A DNA stretch of 64,000 bases from Ascidiella aspersa. Lineage: Eukaryota. Position 1 is the first letter of the stretch; each line of letters starts with the position of its first letter. The notes under the pieces are model-generated. The model did no database searches. It saw nothing but the letters and a program-made list of their open reading frames with translations, and was not told where the DNA came from. The DNA lies in contig OZ004607.1 in the NCBI GenBank assembly GCA_963924565.1, positions 6,138,001-6,202,000 on the forward strand, in the 5' to 3' direction. A program made the translations under genes and the position numbers. This document shows positions 27,401 through 40,145 of this stretch, piece after piece.

Positions 27401-30400
27401 TTTTTAAAGTTTGGTCTATTGGCCTTCGGGGTAAGCCATGTGTTTGTGGTATATGCTACCATTTTACGTGGCGGACAGGGGCCGGATTAACCATAAGGGG
27501 CTACTAAGGCTATAGCCTAGCCCCGAAAAATTCGACCATAAACTTTTTTTAAGGTTAAATTTTCTTTTTCTTTCATGTATATACTTTTATTTTTTTAGCT
27601 TAGTTTGCAAAGTTAGGCTCTTCTTTAGTGAACAACCTTAGGCCTACAGTACCCTTATCCAGTCCTGGTGGCTTGTACAAAGATTTTTAGTTATCCAACA
27701 CCTTCAAGAAATTTTATCGTTCTGCAAGGTATAATCTTTTTTTACGGATACTCGATAAAATCTCCTGCCTTCAAATGTTTCATAAACCGCCGTTTCTCCG
27801 ATAACTGTAGTTTGCTTCGCCAAAGTCAACAGGAATCCTTCAGTCGAGCGTGCTACGGTCTAAAACAGGACAGATACTTGTAACGTTGGATTACTAACAG
27901 AGTTAAAATTAAAATTACATCTATATGTTTATTTTATCACTAGACGTTATATGGTTACCTTGACTGTACATGTTGTTAGCGCAGTAACGTTAACCATCCA
28001 ATCGCCATATTTGTCTCCAACCAGAATCTTGCCTTCATAGAAATTGCCTAATGAAACGGTATCCTAAAGAAACAAAATATATAAAACGGCGTATCTTTAT
28101 GGAATCCAAAACCATTGGCAGCAGGTTTCTGCTTGTCATCACTGTTTCGCTGGCGCGTATATTAACAATAAAACTCGCACTTTTAAAACCCGAGTAAAAC
28201 CAGGATCAGACATTCTTTTAAAGAAATAATAATATTCCTTTAAAAAACGTCTGATCCCATAGAAACAAATTCTAATTGACAAATTGCTATTTGGAAATAA
28301 CAGCAACACATTACAATTCAATGAGGTTAATTGAAAGGAAATAGCGCTTTCCATTGTGTTGGTCAGCAACAGAATAAGTCCTGTACTAAATTGAACTGTG
28401 AAATGACCTTAGGCTACCATAGGTTGTCAGTCACCAATGTGACTTTAATGATTCTAAAGCTATTATTGTAACTGTGATTAAACGCCAGTCAAGAGATCAA
28501 ACGTAGCTTGTAAAGCAATTTAGCTAATTTGTGATCTTGGTAAATGTTAACACTTACCTTCAAAGGAAGTATTTTGCCATTGTGGGTTATGGTGATGTCA
28601 CGGCAAGAGCCGAGAAATTGGAAGAACATTTCGGTCAAGGCAGTGTCGACGGGGACGGCAAAGTTTCGCGTTTCTTTGCCTGCAAAAGGGTGAAAAGAAA
28701 AAAGGAAATTAGGTATCCATCGTTAGACAGGGTGACTAGGCTTTCCGGCCGCGTACAACCCTATTTTTTTCAAGTTTGCTTAGCCTACGTGAATTTAAGC
28801 CGAAATTTGATTTAAAAAATTGAAGGTGTCACTTAGAAAATACAGTTTACGACAGCCGCAATAAATTTATTTCTTGGTTGCAACAGAATTATGTATCATC
28901 ATGAACGCGTCATCATGAAATTTATCATCATGAAATTGGTCCTGAATGGACGGTTAGCGTTGTAAACAAGTCATTTCGAAATGACTTAAGTCCAAGTCAA
29001 GTCATATGTAAAATAACTTAAGTCAAAATCAAGTCTTTCTGAATCAATAACAAATCGAATCCCAGTCAAGTCATAATCGAAGCAAGTCAATTTCAAGTCA
29101 TCCGTATCTTAAAAAGTATTGCTGGTAAAATTAGTAAACTCGTCCTACTATGAGCAACACCTTACTTGAAAATAACATGAACGTAAAAGAGAAAAAGAGC
29201 TCAGTCAAGTCATTTAAAAACAGTGACTCGAGTTATTACAACACTGTGGTTAGCCATATAGCAATGTGTATATAGCCTACATACGTGCATTTATGTCCTA
29301 CTTAAAGAAGACTCTACAAACAGTATTCATATCGTCTATCATATTTTTGACATACGTTCCGTACAAATATTTTGGGTTAAGAGCGTTATAATAAGGGCAT
29401 ATGCAAACATTTGTATCCAATATTGCCAAACGATTTTCGCAAAGTCTCGCAACGCACGTATGCTTCTTCATGCCTAATATAGCCTGAAGGTAGCAAAATC
29501 AACAGAAATGCGAGGTTGGAAACTTCAAGTGGAGACGGCGTAATTCGGGTTTTAGCATGCCAATTAGCTTTGAATTTTCCACCTCAAAAGGTGCCACGGC
29601 CGAATTTTCACTGTTGCTTCTCAGAGTTTTACAAACTTTCGTGTTAAAATTGTAATCACCACCGTGTCGTCAAATCTCAGTTAGTCAAAGTCAAGTTCAA
29701 ACGTAGCTTGGTTAATTTTCTAGGTTTGTTAATTTTCTAAGATGGTTTGAATGAATGACTATAATATTCCAAGATCGTGCATTGTTTAGTTTAACTTTTC
29801 AAACATCTCGCGGCAAAAAAGTAAACGGCTGACAATAAAAGTCTAATTATTGAAAGGTTTGTAAACATTTTTAAACATGGCTATATCCTTTTTTTATAAT
29901 TTTGGTTTGTTGTTGTATATTACAGCAAAGGGATCGCAAAAACGCGACCGGGGACCCACTTCGAATTTTCAAACGATTAATTTGCTCTTTTAGTAGTTCT
30001 AGCGGCGTTTCGATGAACAGAGAGAACCAACAGCTCAGCGTCATTTAGATTACTTCGAGAAAAACTGGACTGGTAATACGGCCAAACAAGTAATGCATTC
30101 AGCGAAGGAAAACAGAAGCAATGTAAAGAATAAAACATCACTAAGCGTAACGAAATGGATAATGCTGTTACACGGAGAAAATAAATACATGATTTATCGA
30201 TACGGAATGTCCATTCTTGCCTAATAGTCCTTTATCAAGAACTACCTTCAAGTTTAGTATTGGGCATAAAAAAACAGAAAATTTCTTGGCGGGCCGTCTC
30301 AAAAAAAGGGGATCTCGAATTCACATGATACAACTTGTGTATGCTTTCAAAAGATTTTTTAAACACCCTTGTCTTGACAAGCTGGTAAGAGTAGTAACAG

Positions 30401-33400
30401 GTGAGATGCCTTGTTACAAGTCTAATGTATTCAATAACAAATTCTGAAATCAATAAAACAAGGTTAAGGCTAATGTTTGCCGAAAAAGGTTTTATTGAAA
30501 ATTGATCGCGGGCGGATTATATTGCTTGGCAGGCCGGGTCGTAGTTTGCCTAGGTCTGTTATAGTTGCTTTAATACATCATTTAATTTTTATCGCAAAGC
30601 ACTTTTAGTTTGCGACCTTTGTATCGAGAACATAAATCATACATCGAAAAAAGATCTGTTCATCGCCGTTTTAAGCGACCTGGACGTAATTGGCGCGCCG
30701 AGATTGTTTTTGAGCAATAGCTCCGAAAGTTGTGCCTTTAATAAGCTAATTATTTTACATTCCTTGAATTGGCTTCAGCAAAGCAAACACACTTTTAGCG
30801 AAAAATACTTGTATATATTTCATGGAAATTAATATTCAGCCATATTAACACCTAATTGCCGAGATCTCTCGCTAAATTTTTCACGAAATAAATCGACATT
30901 CTCTGCAAAAAGAGTCATCGCTTGTCGTCAACATCAATCCGGCTATGTTTTTAATTTTCGATGTTAGCCCATGATAAAAATAGAGGTAAATGCTTAAAAC
31001 CCCGCCACCTACTCGAAAGAACCTCGAAGCTGATATCGACGACGCCCTGCTTGATCGTGCTGTCAATCACTTCGGTAGCGCTGAAAAAAGACGACTTGGA
31101 GACGACGAGGACGTTTCCACCAGTGCTTTCCGCCAGGTAGTTGTACAGCTCCCGGCCGAACTTGAACGAAGGAGTGTTGCAACGTCGATAGCCAAGCGAT
31201 CCCACGGGGCCGCTATACGTAAAACAACGGGGTGTTGTACTAAACATCGATTAGCTGATTAACCATCAAAACATTAACCATACGGGGCTACGTATGGATA
31301 CTGTGCCGTGCGTATTAACCTACTAAGGCTATACCCTTAGGCCCTTGAAAAATTCGGCCCTTTTTTAAGGTTACTTTTTGTTGCAGTCAATAATTTTAAT
31401 TTTTCATGCATGTACTTTATTTTTTATTACTTTTTATAGCTTAGTTTGCAAAACTAGTCCCTTTTCTATTAAACAGCCTTAGGCTTCACCGCTAATTCGG
31501 CCCTGAGTACGAGTAATGTCTATGTATATTTACCAGTGTTGTGATGACTGACTTGACTTAAGTGCACTTAAGTCACTGTTTTTAACTAACTTGACTTGAC
31601 TTAATTCAATTTTTTGAAAAAATGACTTGGATTGAAGTATTTTATTAAATAAAACTGAAAACAAGTTATTTTACAAAAAACTTGACTGGTACTTTATTTA
31701 AATAATTAGTTTACAACAACTGATATTTACTAATATCTGTATAGATTTAATTGACGGGCGGGTCTGGGATTTTTGTGTGCAGAATCATGAAGAATTTAAA
31801 AAACGACGTTACAAAGTTACGTCATAACGTGACGTCAGTATTCAAGTGCTTTTAATCCATTAGGCTCTGGTAACAAGTTTAGTGCAAGCATCAATTTCTT
31901 GAAGATACCGCACCCCACTGGATACACACACGTTCAGATATATGGGTGAAGGTTCGAATTCCCCAGGATATGCATTGTATTAAAAGTTAAAATCTACATA
32001 CTGTATATTCAACATCTAACTTTTTTAGTTTAATATTTTTTAAACCGTCATCCTAAAAATAGGGCTTAACGAAACCTAAAAATGTGATTTTATATATTTT
32101 AACAGCATTTAGGAAGAGTTAGAAAATAATTGGAACATCCAAGCCTATACAGAAGTTATCATTTTGAACGTTTCGAATAACTCTATATTCATTTTCAACA
32201 TCATGTTGGAAATATTTCTGTATGAGCTTTCATATTCTTACTACGCCTTACTACAACCTCGAACCATTACGCCCAAAGTTAGAAAGTAAATTTGCAATAT
32301 CTCATCACTTACGGATGGCTTCTTCCACTACACATGACTTTATAGATATTTTGTGTCAGTAGAAAAGTGATCTTGATATTTTTTCTCTTGGCTTGAGCCA
32401 CGACCAGATCCTGAAATAAAAAAATAAACAATGAGTTAACTTTAAATGCTTGTCTTTTTGGTTATCGTTTAAAATTAAAGCTTAAATAAGGTGTTTTCGT
32501 TTGGAAAGTAAAAGCCAAAGAATCGCGTAAAACTTAGGTCTGACCGAGGGTCGTGAGTTCGAACCTAACAGAAGGCTAGTTGTTTTTCTAGCCTGCCCTG
32601 CTTGCATCATTGATCGACAGATTCGGTGAGACTGCAATAATTTTCGGTGTACTAATGGTACGTAAGCTGTAGTCGTTGGTCCAAAAGCAGCTTTAGAAAA
32701 GCTAGATCTCACTTGTTAACACACATATGTGTGTGGATCTTTTATTGATAAACATAGGTCTGGAAGAAAATAAATTCCAACGTGAAGTCAACAAGATTCG
32801 TGCCCATCTCCACACGTCTCAGTTTTGTTATGGATCCTGAGGGCTTCTTCAATATGCTGTCTTAAATTCATGCGTAATTCGTGAGAATTCCTGTTCCTTG
32901 TAACCTCTAATATGGCGCGTTGGCAAACCGATCGCAAGATAGGATCGATACAGGAGACTGCCACTAACTTTTACGAAGTCCGACGAAAGGCCCGAGGCAG
33001 TTTCCATGCTTGTAGAAAAGGCGCTTAACCGGTTAATCTACTGGGCGGAGCGGAGTGCCGCCTGGGCGCTTAACCGGTTAATCTACTGGGCGGAGCGGAG
33101 TGCCGCCTGTATATTGCCACCGACACCCCCGCATCAAGCAATTCAAACATGAGCTAGATTATTATTTGATACAAGTACAGTAAACCTATAGGAGTCTACG
33201 GCATTTTATGGGTAGTTATGTGCATAAGAAACATAAAATCCGCATTAAAAACGTAAAATTTTTATTTCTTTGCTCAACCGATTCACAGACAAAAACAGGG
33301 TTCAGAAACGAATTAAAAAATCCAACGGTGCCGTTGGGGTAATACTATTATCTAGGAATATTTCATCTCAGTCGAAACCTGTAGTTCGATGTAGTTCCAC

Positions 33401-36400
33401 AGACAAAAACAGGGTCAAGGAAGGAATTAAATCATCCAACGGTGAAGTGGGGTAATACTATTAGTTATGTCATCGTGACTATCCAATGTTAGTCCAACCT
33501 GTAGTTCGATGTCCTTCGCCTCCGCATCGGTTATCACGAAGATAGTGGAGCCGAACCTGCTGTTTTCAACCGCTAACGAAATTCCCCGCATCGCCAGTTC
33601 AGGAGTGTCACCGCCGCCGTCAGCGTGAAGGCTGTGTGTAAAAAAATCTTGAAATAGTGGTTTCAATTACGGATGTACGATACTTGATATTACATTCCGA
33701 TACCGATATTTTGGACAAAAAGTATCGCGATCCGATCCAATACCAAATCTCGTAATTATCAAGGAAATATTTAGGTTCTAACGCGCTATATATTCCGAAC
33801 TGAAGATCTAACTGACAAAATTTCTCAGCATATACGTCGATTTATGACAAAAAGTTTTTTCATCACATAATATTCAAAAGGGGAGTTGGTAAGTTGTCAC
33901 GAGTCCAAATCACGATGGTTTCTAGGATACTTGTCTTATTAACTAGTTGATATTAACGTGACATCTGCAAAGATATTTTAACTGTAAAGTCGCTTGAACC
34001 GTTTGAAGTAAAACAATGCTCAGTTAAAAATATTCATTGCCTACAATATCTTGGTCTGAAAACGATTTATTCTAGCAAAATTAATGAAATCAAAACGTTC
34101 CATGATCATGTTTTTCAGATTAGTAAGCCCTAATTTGCTTTTAGTGAAAAAACGTTTATAGTTACCTCAAGATGTTAATCTATCACTTTTTTTTTGGATA
34201 GTAAACTAAGTCTGAAATTCCTATAGTAATTTGGTGTCTGATCGGTACCGATACTACAGCTGGGCGTCGGGTATCAGTTTTCGATCAGACTTGGACAACT
34301 AGATTTATTTTAGCTTTTTAAAATTAGATTAGAATTAGAATTAGATCATTTTGAGTTTTCTCAAATTAGATTAGAATTAGAATTACCGAATTCTTAAAAA
34401 AAACGAATTTGAACTACAATTGGAACTAGAATTACATTTGAATATTCACAATCAGTTTCAGTAAATCGCAAATTATTCTAATAAAAAAGTGAATGGTAAA
34501 TATGTGTGTGCTAATTGTGATGCCTTTTAGCATATATTATGCTTTTCAGACTGTGAAAATTACGTTCCAACCAAAGAGTTGGAATTCAATTTTTTTTTTC
34601 ACTGTAATAAGAAAGTAAAAATGCCGGTGGACAAAGTAGCATTTTTTGGTAAAATCCGAATTAGATTAGAACTAGAATGAGAGCGCACAAGCAATTTACA
34701 AATTAGATTAGAATTCAAATTAGCCGCATTTTGCTCTAATTCAATGAATTAGAAAACTAGAATTGTCCAGTTGTACAAGTCTGCTTTCGATATTATCGGA
34801 CATCCCTGAAACAACACCTTTACTGTTGTTTGTATACGAAGAAATTGTGTTGCTTTGTGGGGGTGAATATTTCAAGGAGCTTGGTAAAAACTCAGGTACG
34901 CATAATGTGAGTGGAAGTCTCGTAGTCTCGACCCTTTTTATGTTCACGTTCTCGTCAATCTCACTTTTCTATGGCTGCTGTGAAAACGTCCTGGTTGTTG
35001 GTGACCGTCAAGGGTCCGACACCGGGGTCGTTAAAAGGAACGAGAATAAAGTCCTGGGCCTGGTCCAACGATCCTTGCCGCTGACGAAGGATCATCTGTG
35101 AAAAATGTCATGAATATAAAATCTTTGGTAAATCGTTCGAACAAACAAAAACACAACATACCCAAAATAACGACCAGTAGCGTTTGGAACGTTATCTCTA
35201 ATTTATTTGGATTGGTCATTTAGGTCAATTGAGCTTGAAAAATACCGAAGTGATTCTACATTTGTTTTTTAATTTAACAAAAAGTGAAATCCGCTTTTCG
35301 CAAAGACCTCAAAACTTTGCAGCCCTGGTTGAAATATACGTAATACAAGCAACGTCCAACCTTGGCCCTTTCTTTGGCCGCCTCAATTTCGCCGTCCATG
35401 CTTCCCGTGTCGTCGACCACGAAGGCCAGGGTGGTGCCGGAGCCGAGGTCCAAGAACCGGCCGAACCTGAACTCGCCGATCTCGTTGCGAATCCTGCCGA
35501 AAAAACATGGACAACAGTCATAAGTGTGGAAATCCTTACTCAGAGCGTATTGTCACGTATCGCGTTTTGTCCGGGATTTAAACGCGGTGCGGCTGCAAGT
35601 CGATGGCTGTATATAGTTTCTAGAAATATTGCACTTCTGGTTGCCATAGAATAGAACTTTTTAAAATGAAGCGGAATAAATTAATTCTGACCACCAGTAT
35701 TAAATTTCTCATAAACACACAAACAACCTTGCCGTGAATCGTTTGAAAGTGCCCCAGTTTAAATTTAACCATGTCTCGATCAGCACGTCGGCATCTGTTT
35801 TGCTATGTTTACATATACATTTGACAAATGCCACTTGGCGCGAGAACGTCGAGAACTCCTCACGTTAGAAAATAGTCCGATGTTTCACACGCATGTAAAC
35901 TTTCGCAGGAAAAAAACACACGTCGTTAAATCTCACTTCTTATTTCGGTCCGATCAGTACCGATATAAACCTAGTTGCCGACGAGTAGCGATATTAACAC
36001 CATGTTATCGCGTATATCTTTTTTTCCCATTTCTCTCCCAACATTCGATTTCACATCAAAGCGACAGCGATCGAACGGTCGAGTTTAAAAACTTAAAAAA
36101 ACCTTTAATATCCCATTTCGCTTTTATCAAATTTTTCCCATTATCGCTTTTTTCTATTTTGCTTTTAACATTCGATTTCACACAAAAGGACAGAGATCAA
36201 ACAATTCAGTTCAAAACTTTAATCTCCCATTTCGCTGTTAACAAGCTTTTCTCATTTTCTCTTTTTCCCATTTCGCTTTAAACGAGATTCCCATTTTGCT
36301 TTCAACAGTCGATTTCATACAAAACAACAGCGTTCGAACGATCGAGTTAAAAGTTTAATCTCCCATTTCGCTTTAACAAGCTTTTCCTATTTTCGTTTAG

Positions 36401-36994
36401 AACATTTAGTTTAACACAAAATCGAACGATCGAGTTCAAAACTCACTTCTCCAGCTCGGTGACGACGAACGTCTCAGCGAGCTTCACGTATTGTTTGCGC
36501 AAGCAGCGCAAGCGCACCCAATCACGGGAGGCGCTGGCCAGGTCGGTCAGTCCCAGGTAAACCAGCACTCCGAACTTGCGCCTCGCCAGTTGCCAGCTCG
36601 ACGCCTGAGCGTAGGTGTAGATGTTGGAGCGCAGCTGGATCAGATTGCGGTCTTGGTCATCTGCCGGGCCGAAGCGTCCAGGGTCGGCGTAGTACATCTG
36701 CAGCAGGGCCTCCTTGAAGTTGGCCGGCGTGGCCGTGGTTCCGTAGAAGGCCTTAAAGAGGGCAGCCGGCGTCGGAGGGTCCACCATCCCCGGGTCTAGT
36801 GAGGTGCCGTTGCCGCGAGGGTTGTCGGCGAAGTAGGAGGCCGAGTACTGGACTGCGGTTCGCGTGAGGAAGTCGAGGAAGTTCTCGCAGCCGCGGATGC
36901 GAGTGTCCGGAGGAACCAACGCCGTGGAGAGGTTGATGATGAGGAGGAGAAGCAGAGGAAGAGCGAGCTTCTTCGCGACGAGCAAGTCACGCAT
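6287..36994 (-). CDS. Secreted VWA7-like / inter-alpha-trypsin inhibitor heavy chain (ITIH)-like fusion protein, ~30 exons, ~1640 aa
   Basis: Exons with consistent phases: 36447-36994, 35361-35493, 34965-35095, 33499-33631, 32313-32410, 31013-31239, 28558-28679, 27959-28063, 27752(or 27769)-27859, 27253-27371(or 27376), 26222-26404, 25090-25310, 24369-24519, 23150-23297, 22290-22429, 21127-21300, 20419-20556, 19641-19788, 18918-19128, 17905-18034, 17426-17552, 16257-16482, 15260-15339, 12165-12292, 11040-11206, 9781-9983, 8818-8961, 7978-8145, 7469-7647, 6287-6437. Signal peptide MRDLLVAKKLALPLLLLLIINLSTA; no internal stop after splicing. Confidence 0.85.
9371..9756. mobile_element. hAT-type MITE with GAGTCG subterminal repeats (related inverted copy ~42268-42670)
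   Basis: Ends cagggttgcg/ccagccctg, TSD atttaaag on both sides, internal repeated gagtcgg/ccgactc. Confidence 0.8.
12785..13160. mobile_element. Inverted repeat (~95-bp arms) carrying the hammerhead; probable Penelope-like retroelement terminal-repeat remnant
   Basis: 12785-12880 is the degenerate reverse complement of ~13060-13160. No convincing RT or GIY-YIG ORF remains. Confidence 0.5.
13098..13137 (+). ncRNA. Minimal type I hammerhead ribozyme (Penelope-like element type)
   Basis: tttgac-CTGATGA-a-gcac(ggtt)gtgc-GAAA-gctt-gtcgag: conserved core, 4-bp stem II, palindromic AAGCTT helix III, stem I tttgac/gtcgag with G-U pairs. Confidence 0.7.
24450..36994 (-). CDS. VWA7/hemicentin-type vWA module (N-terminal half of the fusion gene)
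   Basis: Spliced motifs LAFVVDDTGSMDGEIEAAK, FILVPFNDPGVGP, GGGDTPELAMRGISLA, IFVITDAEAKD, LYNYLAESTGG, FAVPVDTAL, VEGTDLSG..YSR and PGDSIRLNLAITN recall the VWA7 vWA domain (MIDAS DxTGS) and its downstream beta-sandwich domains. Confidence 0.8.
28955..29246. mobile_element. AAGTC-repeat-rich dispersed element (further copies near 11230-11580, 12320-12480, 19158-19550, 22480-22803, 26501-26890, 31535-31730, 44030-44285, 52377-53276)
   Basis: Recurrent cagtgttgtaa/ttacaacactg-like ends with arrays of aagtcaagtca; many diverged copies in introns. Confidence 0.7.
32540..32730 (+). mobile_element. Probable tRNA-derived SINE remnant (second copy ~16060-16235)
   Basis: B-box-like gagttcgaacct followed by ttttctagcctg(c/t)cctgcttgcatcattgatcgacagattcgg, shared with 16166-16210. 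Confidence 0.45.
33020..33109. repeat. 45-bp exact tandem duplication
   Basis: ggcgcttaaccggttaatctactgggcggagcggagtgccgcctg twice. Confidence 0.9.
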
Positions 36995-39112
36995 CGCGTT
37001 CGGTTTACAAGTTTAACTCTATATAATGGAAACCTGGTTCGTGGGATATAAATAGAGCTTATTTTAGAGTACATCACGCCTGAGCAAACTACGACCGACG
37101 GCTTATTTTTAATAAAACTTTCTAGACAAAAAATAGCCTTAATATATTATTCCTTGATTTCAGAAAATTTTATTGAATATATGACTCTTGAAGGCATCCT
37201 CAACTTTTCCTACTCTTACCAGCTTGTCAAAATAAGAATATTTGAAGATTCTTTTTAAATGAATCACACCTTGTATTATATATATTTTTTCGAATTAGGT
37301 TTTCAAGCAGAACTGGTGATGCATTTTGCGTAACTATTAGTATTTTGCTTTTTATAAATTACAAAATTTGTTTGTAGATCTTTTTCATACCCTTTGTGGT
37401 TCTGTTTGGACACTGTTTACCAACAAAAGAGTTGTCTAATATCCTGCCCATATTAAATAATTATTGATAATAAATATATTCATAGTTTAAAAAATCAAAA
37501 ATTCCCAAAATTTAGTTGAGTAAGAAAAAAAGACTTTTTTGTATCAATGGGCGTGATAATTGGTCAAATTCCGATTTATTGTAAACTATTCTAGAAAGAA
37601 TTTCGTTACTCATCAGCTTGCTCACTGTACTTTTCGAACGACAATGACGTCATTAGGTAAGTTATTGGAAACTTTTCGACACGAAAACAATTTAATATGA
37701 CGCGACTAGTGCGGTTTTGAAGCACTTTCTTTCATTAAAACACTTCATTTAATAGCAAAAAGTCCGACTTAAATATATGACAACACAGACTGACGCAAAA
37801 ATAGGAACTATAACACTCCGGACAATTTTTGTTTAACATGTATCAAATTGAGGTCGTCTTTGTTTATCTGCTCTGCCTATGTTTTTTATGAGTAGCCGTC
37901 GGGATAAATTAAAACCGTCCGAGAATATTTAAACGGTGAATATCCCGTAAAAGTATTTTTTCGGTTGGTCACTGGCAAATCAACCATATCCCGGCCCCCA
38001 TAGTCCGGTTAGCTCAACCATAAGGAACTGTAACGGTGACCAATATCATAATAATAAACTCGCAACTCTGAATTACCCTTAACCTCGTAATCGTCTGTGG
38101 AAAATACTACACGACGAAGACTGTCTCGTTCTTCTACAACTAAAAAACTCTTTGATTCTACGAAAACATTGCAATAATGGCCAGGAAAGTTGTACGCGTT
38201 GTCTTGTTATAAAGTTTTACTCTTCTTTTTCTATTCTGACGCTCGCAACAAGTAAAAGCGTCGAAACTTAAGCTTTTGTTGCCCGAAGGCACAGCGCTTA
38301 TTAATACGATTATATACTTGGGAACCACTCAAACGATCGTCCATCGCAAATAGCGTCTGACATTTGTTATTGCTGTCGTACAAGTCTACTGTTGTATCGG
38401 AAACTCCACTTTTGAGCTGCTAAGTTGATACTATTTCGGGTATTGCTATGTTACTGGTAAATATTAAATTAATTTTAAAGAGCAATAAATAAGATATGCA
38501 GTGTCCAAAAAAAAAAAATAAAGATGAAAAATCTATTTAATCTGTGAGATCCCATCAAATCTTGTTGGTTATTATAAAAAAACCTGTTGTAGAATAGTTT
38601 GTTAAATGCCTGTTTTCTAGTTGTAACCAAATAGTGAAATGTCTCGGCAAAAGTCCATCAAGAGTCTTAGATAGTACATCTACATCCTTCTATGAAAATC
38701 TGAAAGAAAAAGGGTTGCCGTCCTTTTAAAGGCGACCGGTGGTTCAGAAATATGGTACAAAACGATGTCTAAAATGTTCAGCGTCGCAAACGTGGAGGTC
38801 GAGTATTTATTTCAGTTTTTGAGCCCTGTCTAATTCGAAACCGGTTTATCCAGATCCATTTCCAGCCGTTTGGACCGACCTCAACAACATGGCCCAAGTG
38901 TATTTAAAGGCGGATTTTTACATCATCCACTTTGCTGCAGCCTTGGGCATTGTCGTGTGGTTTCGCTTATTCCAACTACGCTTTTGACGAAGTAGATTAG
39001 CGTAATTTAGGAAGAAAACTTTAATGAAATCGTATTTCAGAAACTTTTTATTCAATATTTTTTGCGTATATAATAATTATAAATCGTTACATTCAGCTAA
39101 CGAACAACTGAC

Positions 39113-39566
39113 CAGACTTGGACCACTAGATAATTCTAGTTTTCTTGGTGATCGACGATAAAATTTCTAGGATTTTCCAAAAATGCTACTTGTCCAACGG
39201 CATTTTTAGTCTTTTAGTCAAAACAAAGAGTTTGAATTAAAACCCATTGGTTGGAACGACTTGTATGTAATTTTTACAGTCTAAAAAGCATATGCTATGC
39301 TAAAAGTTATAAAATCAACACACAAATATTAACCATTTACATTCTTATTAGAATAATTCGCGATTTAAACGAAATTGGTTGTAAATAATTAAATGAAAAT
39401 CCAGTTCAAATTCGCTTTTTCAAGAATTCCGTAATTCTAATTCTAATATAATTTGTGAAAACTTGAACTGACCTAATTCGAATCTAATTTGTAAAAACTG
39501 AAATGCTTAATCTTTAATTCTAATTTAAATTTTAAAAGCTAAAATAAATCTAGTTGTCCAAGTCTG
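39113..39566. mobile_element. MITE with cagacttggac TIR (relatives at ~15530-15885, ~34266-34790, ~60715-61140)
   Basis: TIR cagacttggac(c/a)actagat, TSD caactgac, internal ttctaa repeats shared with the other copies. Confidence 0.82.
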
Positions 39567-40145
39567 CAACTGACCGCTTTCGGTGAAATTGAAGTCAAGT
39601 GTAGGTTTGATATCTCATTTACGTAACGTCACGTATTAGCTTTCTTCCAATTAGGACTACTTTGGGTTTTCTGAGGTGTGTAATATCCGTAGCTCGAGGC
39701 GCTTTTCATCGCTTGATAACTTAAAAAAGATGTTTGCCCTAAACACATAGGCCATTTCTCGGTGGAAACTTAACTCTCAAAAACATTTTCCGCACTAATT
39801 TACATAGTCCTCGATTCTTGTAGAATGCGCAGTTTATCTGAAAAGACTAATTCAGTGGTTCTCAAAGTTTTTTTCCATATTTCTCTCTTACAAGCGCAAA
39901 CCCGTCAATTCCTCCCCAGTGCGGTTAATAAAAGGTTTCAAACGAAACGACGCAGTTAAATGAATAATAAAGACCTTTAAAACACAAAACTATTTTCGAA
40001 CGCATTGAAACTATTTTTTTTATTAAAGCGCCAAAAAACGCATTACTTTATCCTTGTACAATGTATGGTACCGCAGTTTACCTAAAAAGAACTTTTCACG
40101 TAGCCTATATTGATGTCAGCATTGTACAAGCAGGAATATTTAGCG

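Noticed and set aside
30006-30215. HLDYFEKNWTG peptide resembling a Mutator-type transposase fragment
   Set aside because: Single short motif; cannot be supported without a search.
37600-37620. Second hammerhead-like string (ctgatgagtaacgaaa, minus strand)
   Set aside because: Stem II is only 1 bp and there is no convincing helix I or III; likely chance.
38540-38800. Possible LINE reverse-transcriptase C-terminal relic (GLLPRHFTIW..NYST, minus strand)
   Set aside because: Too degraded; no core RT motifs visible.
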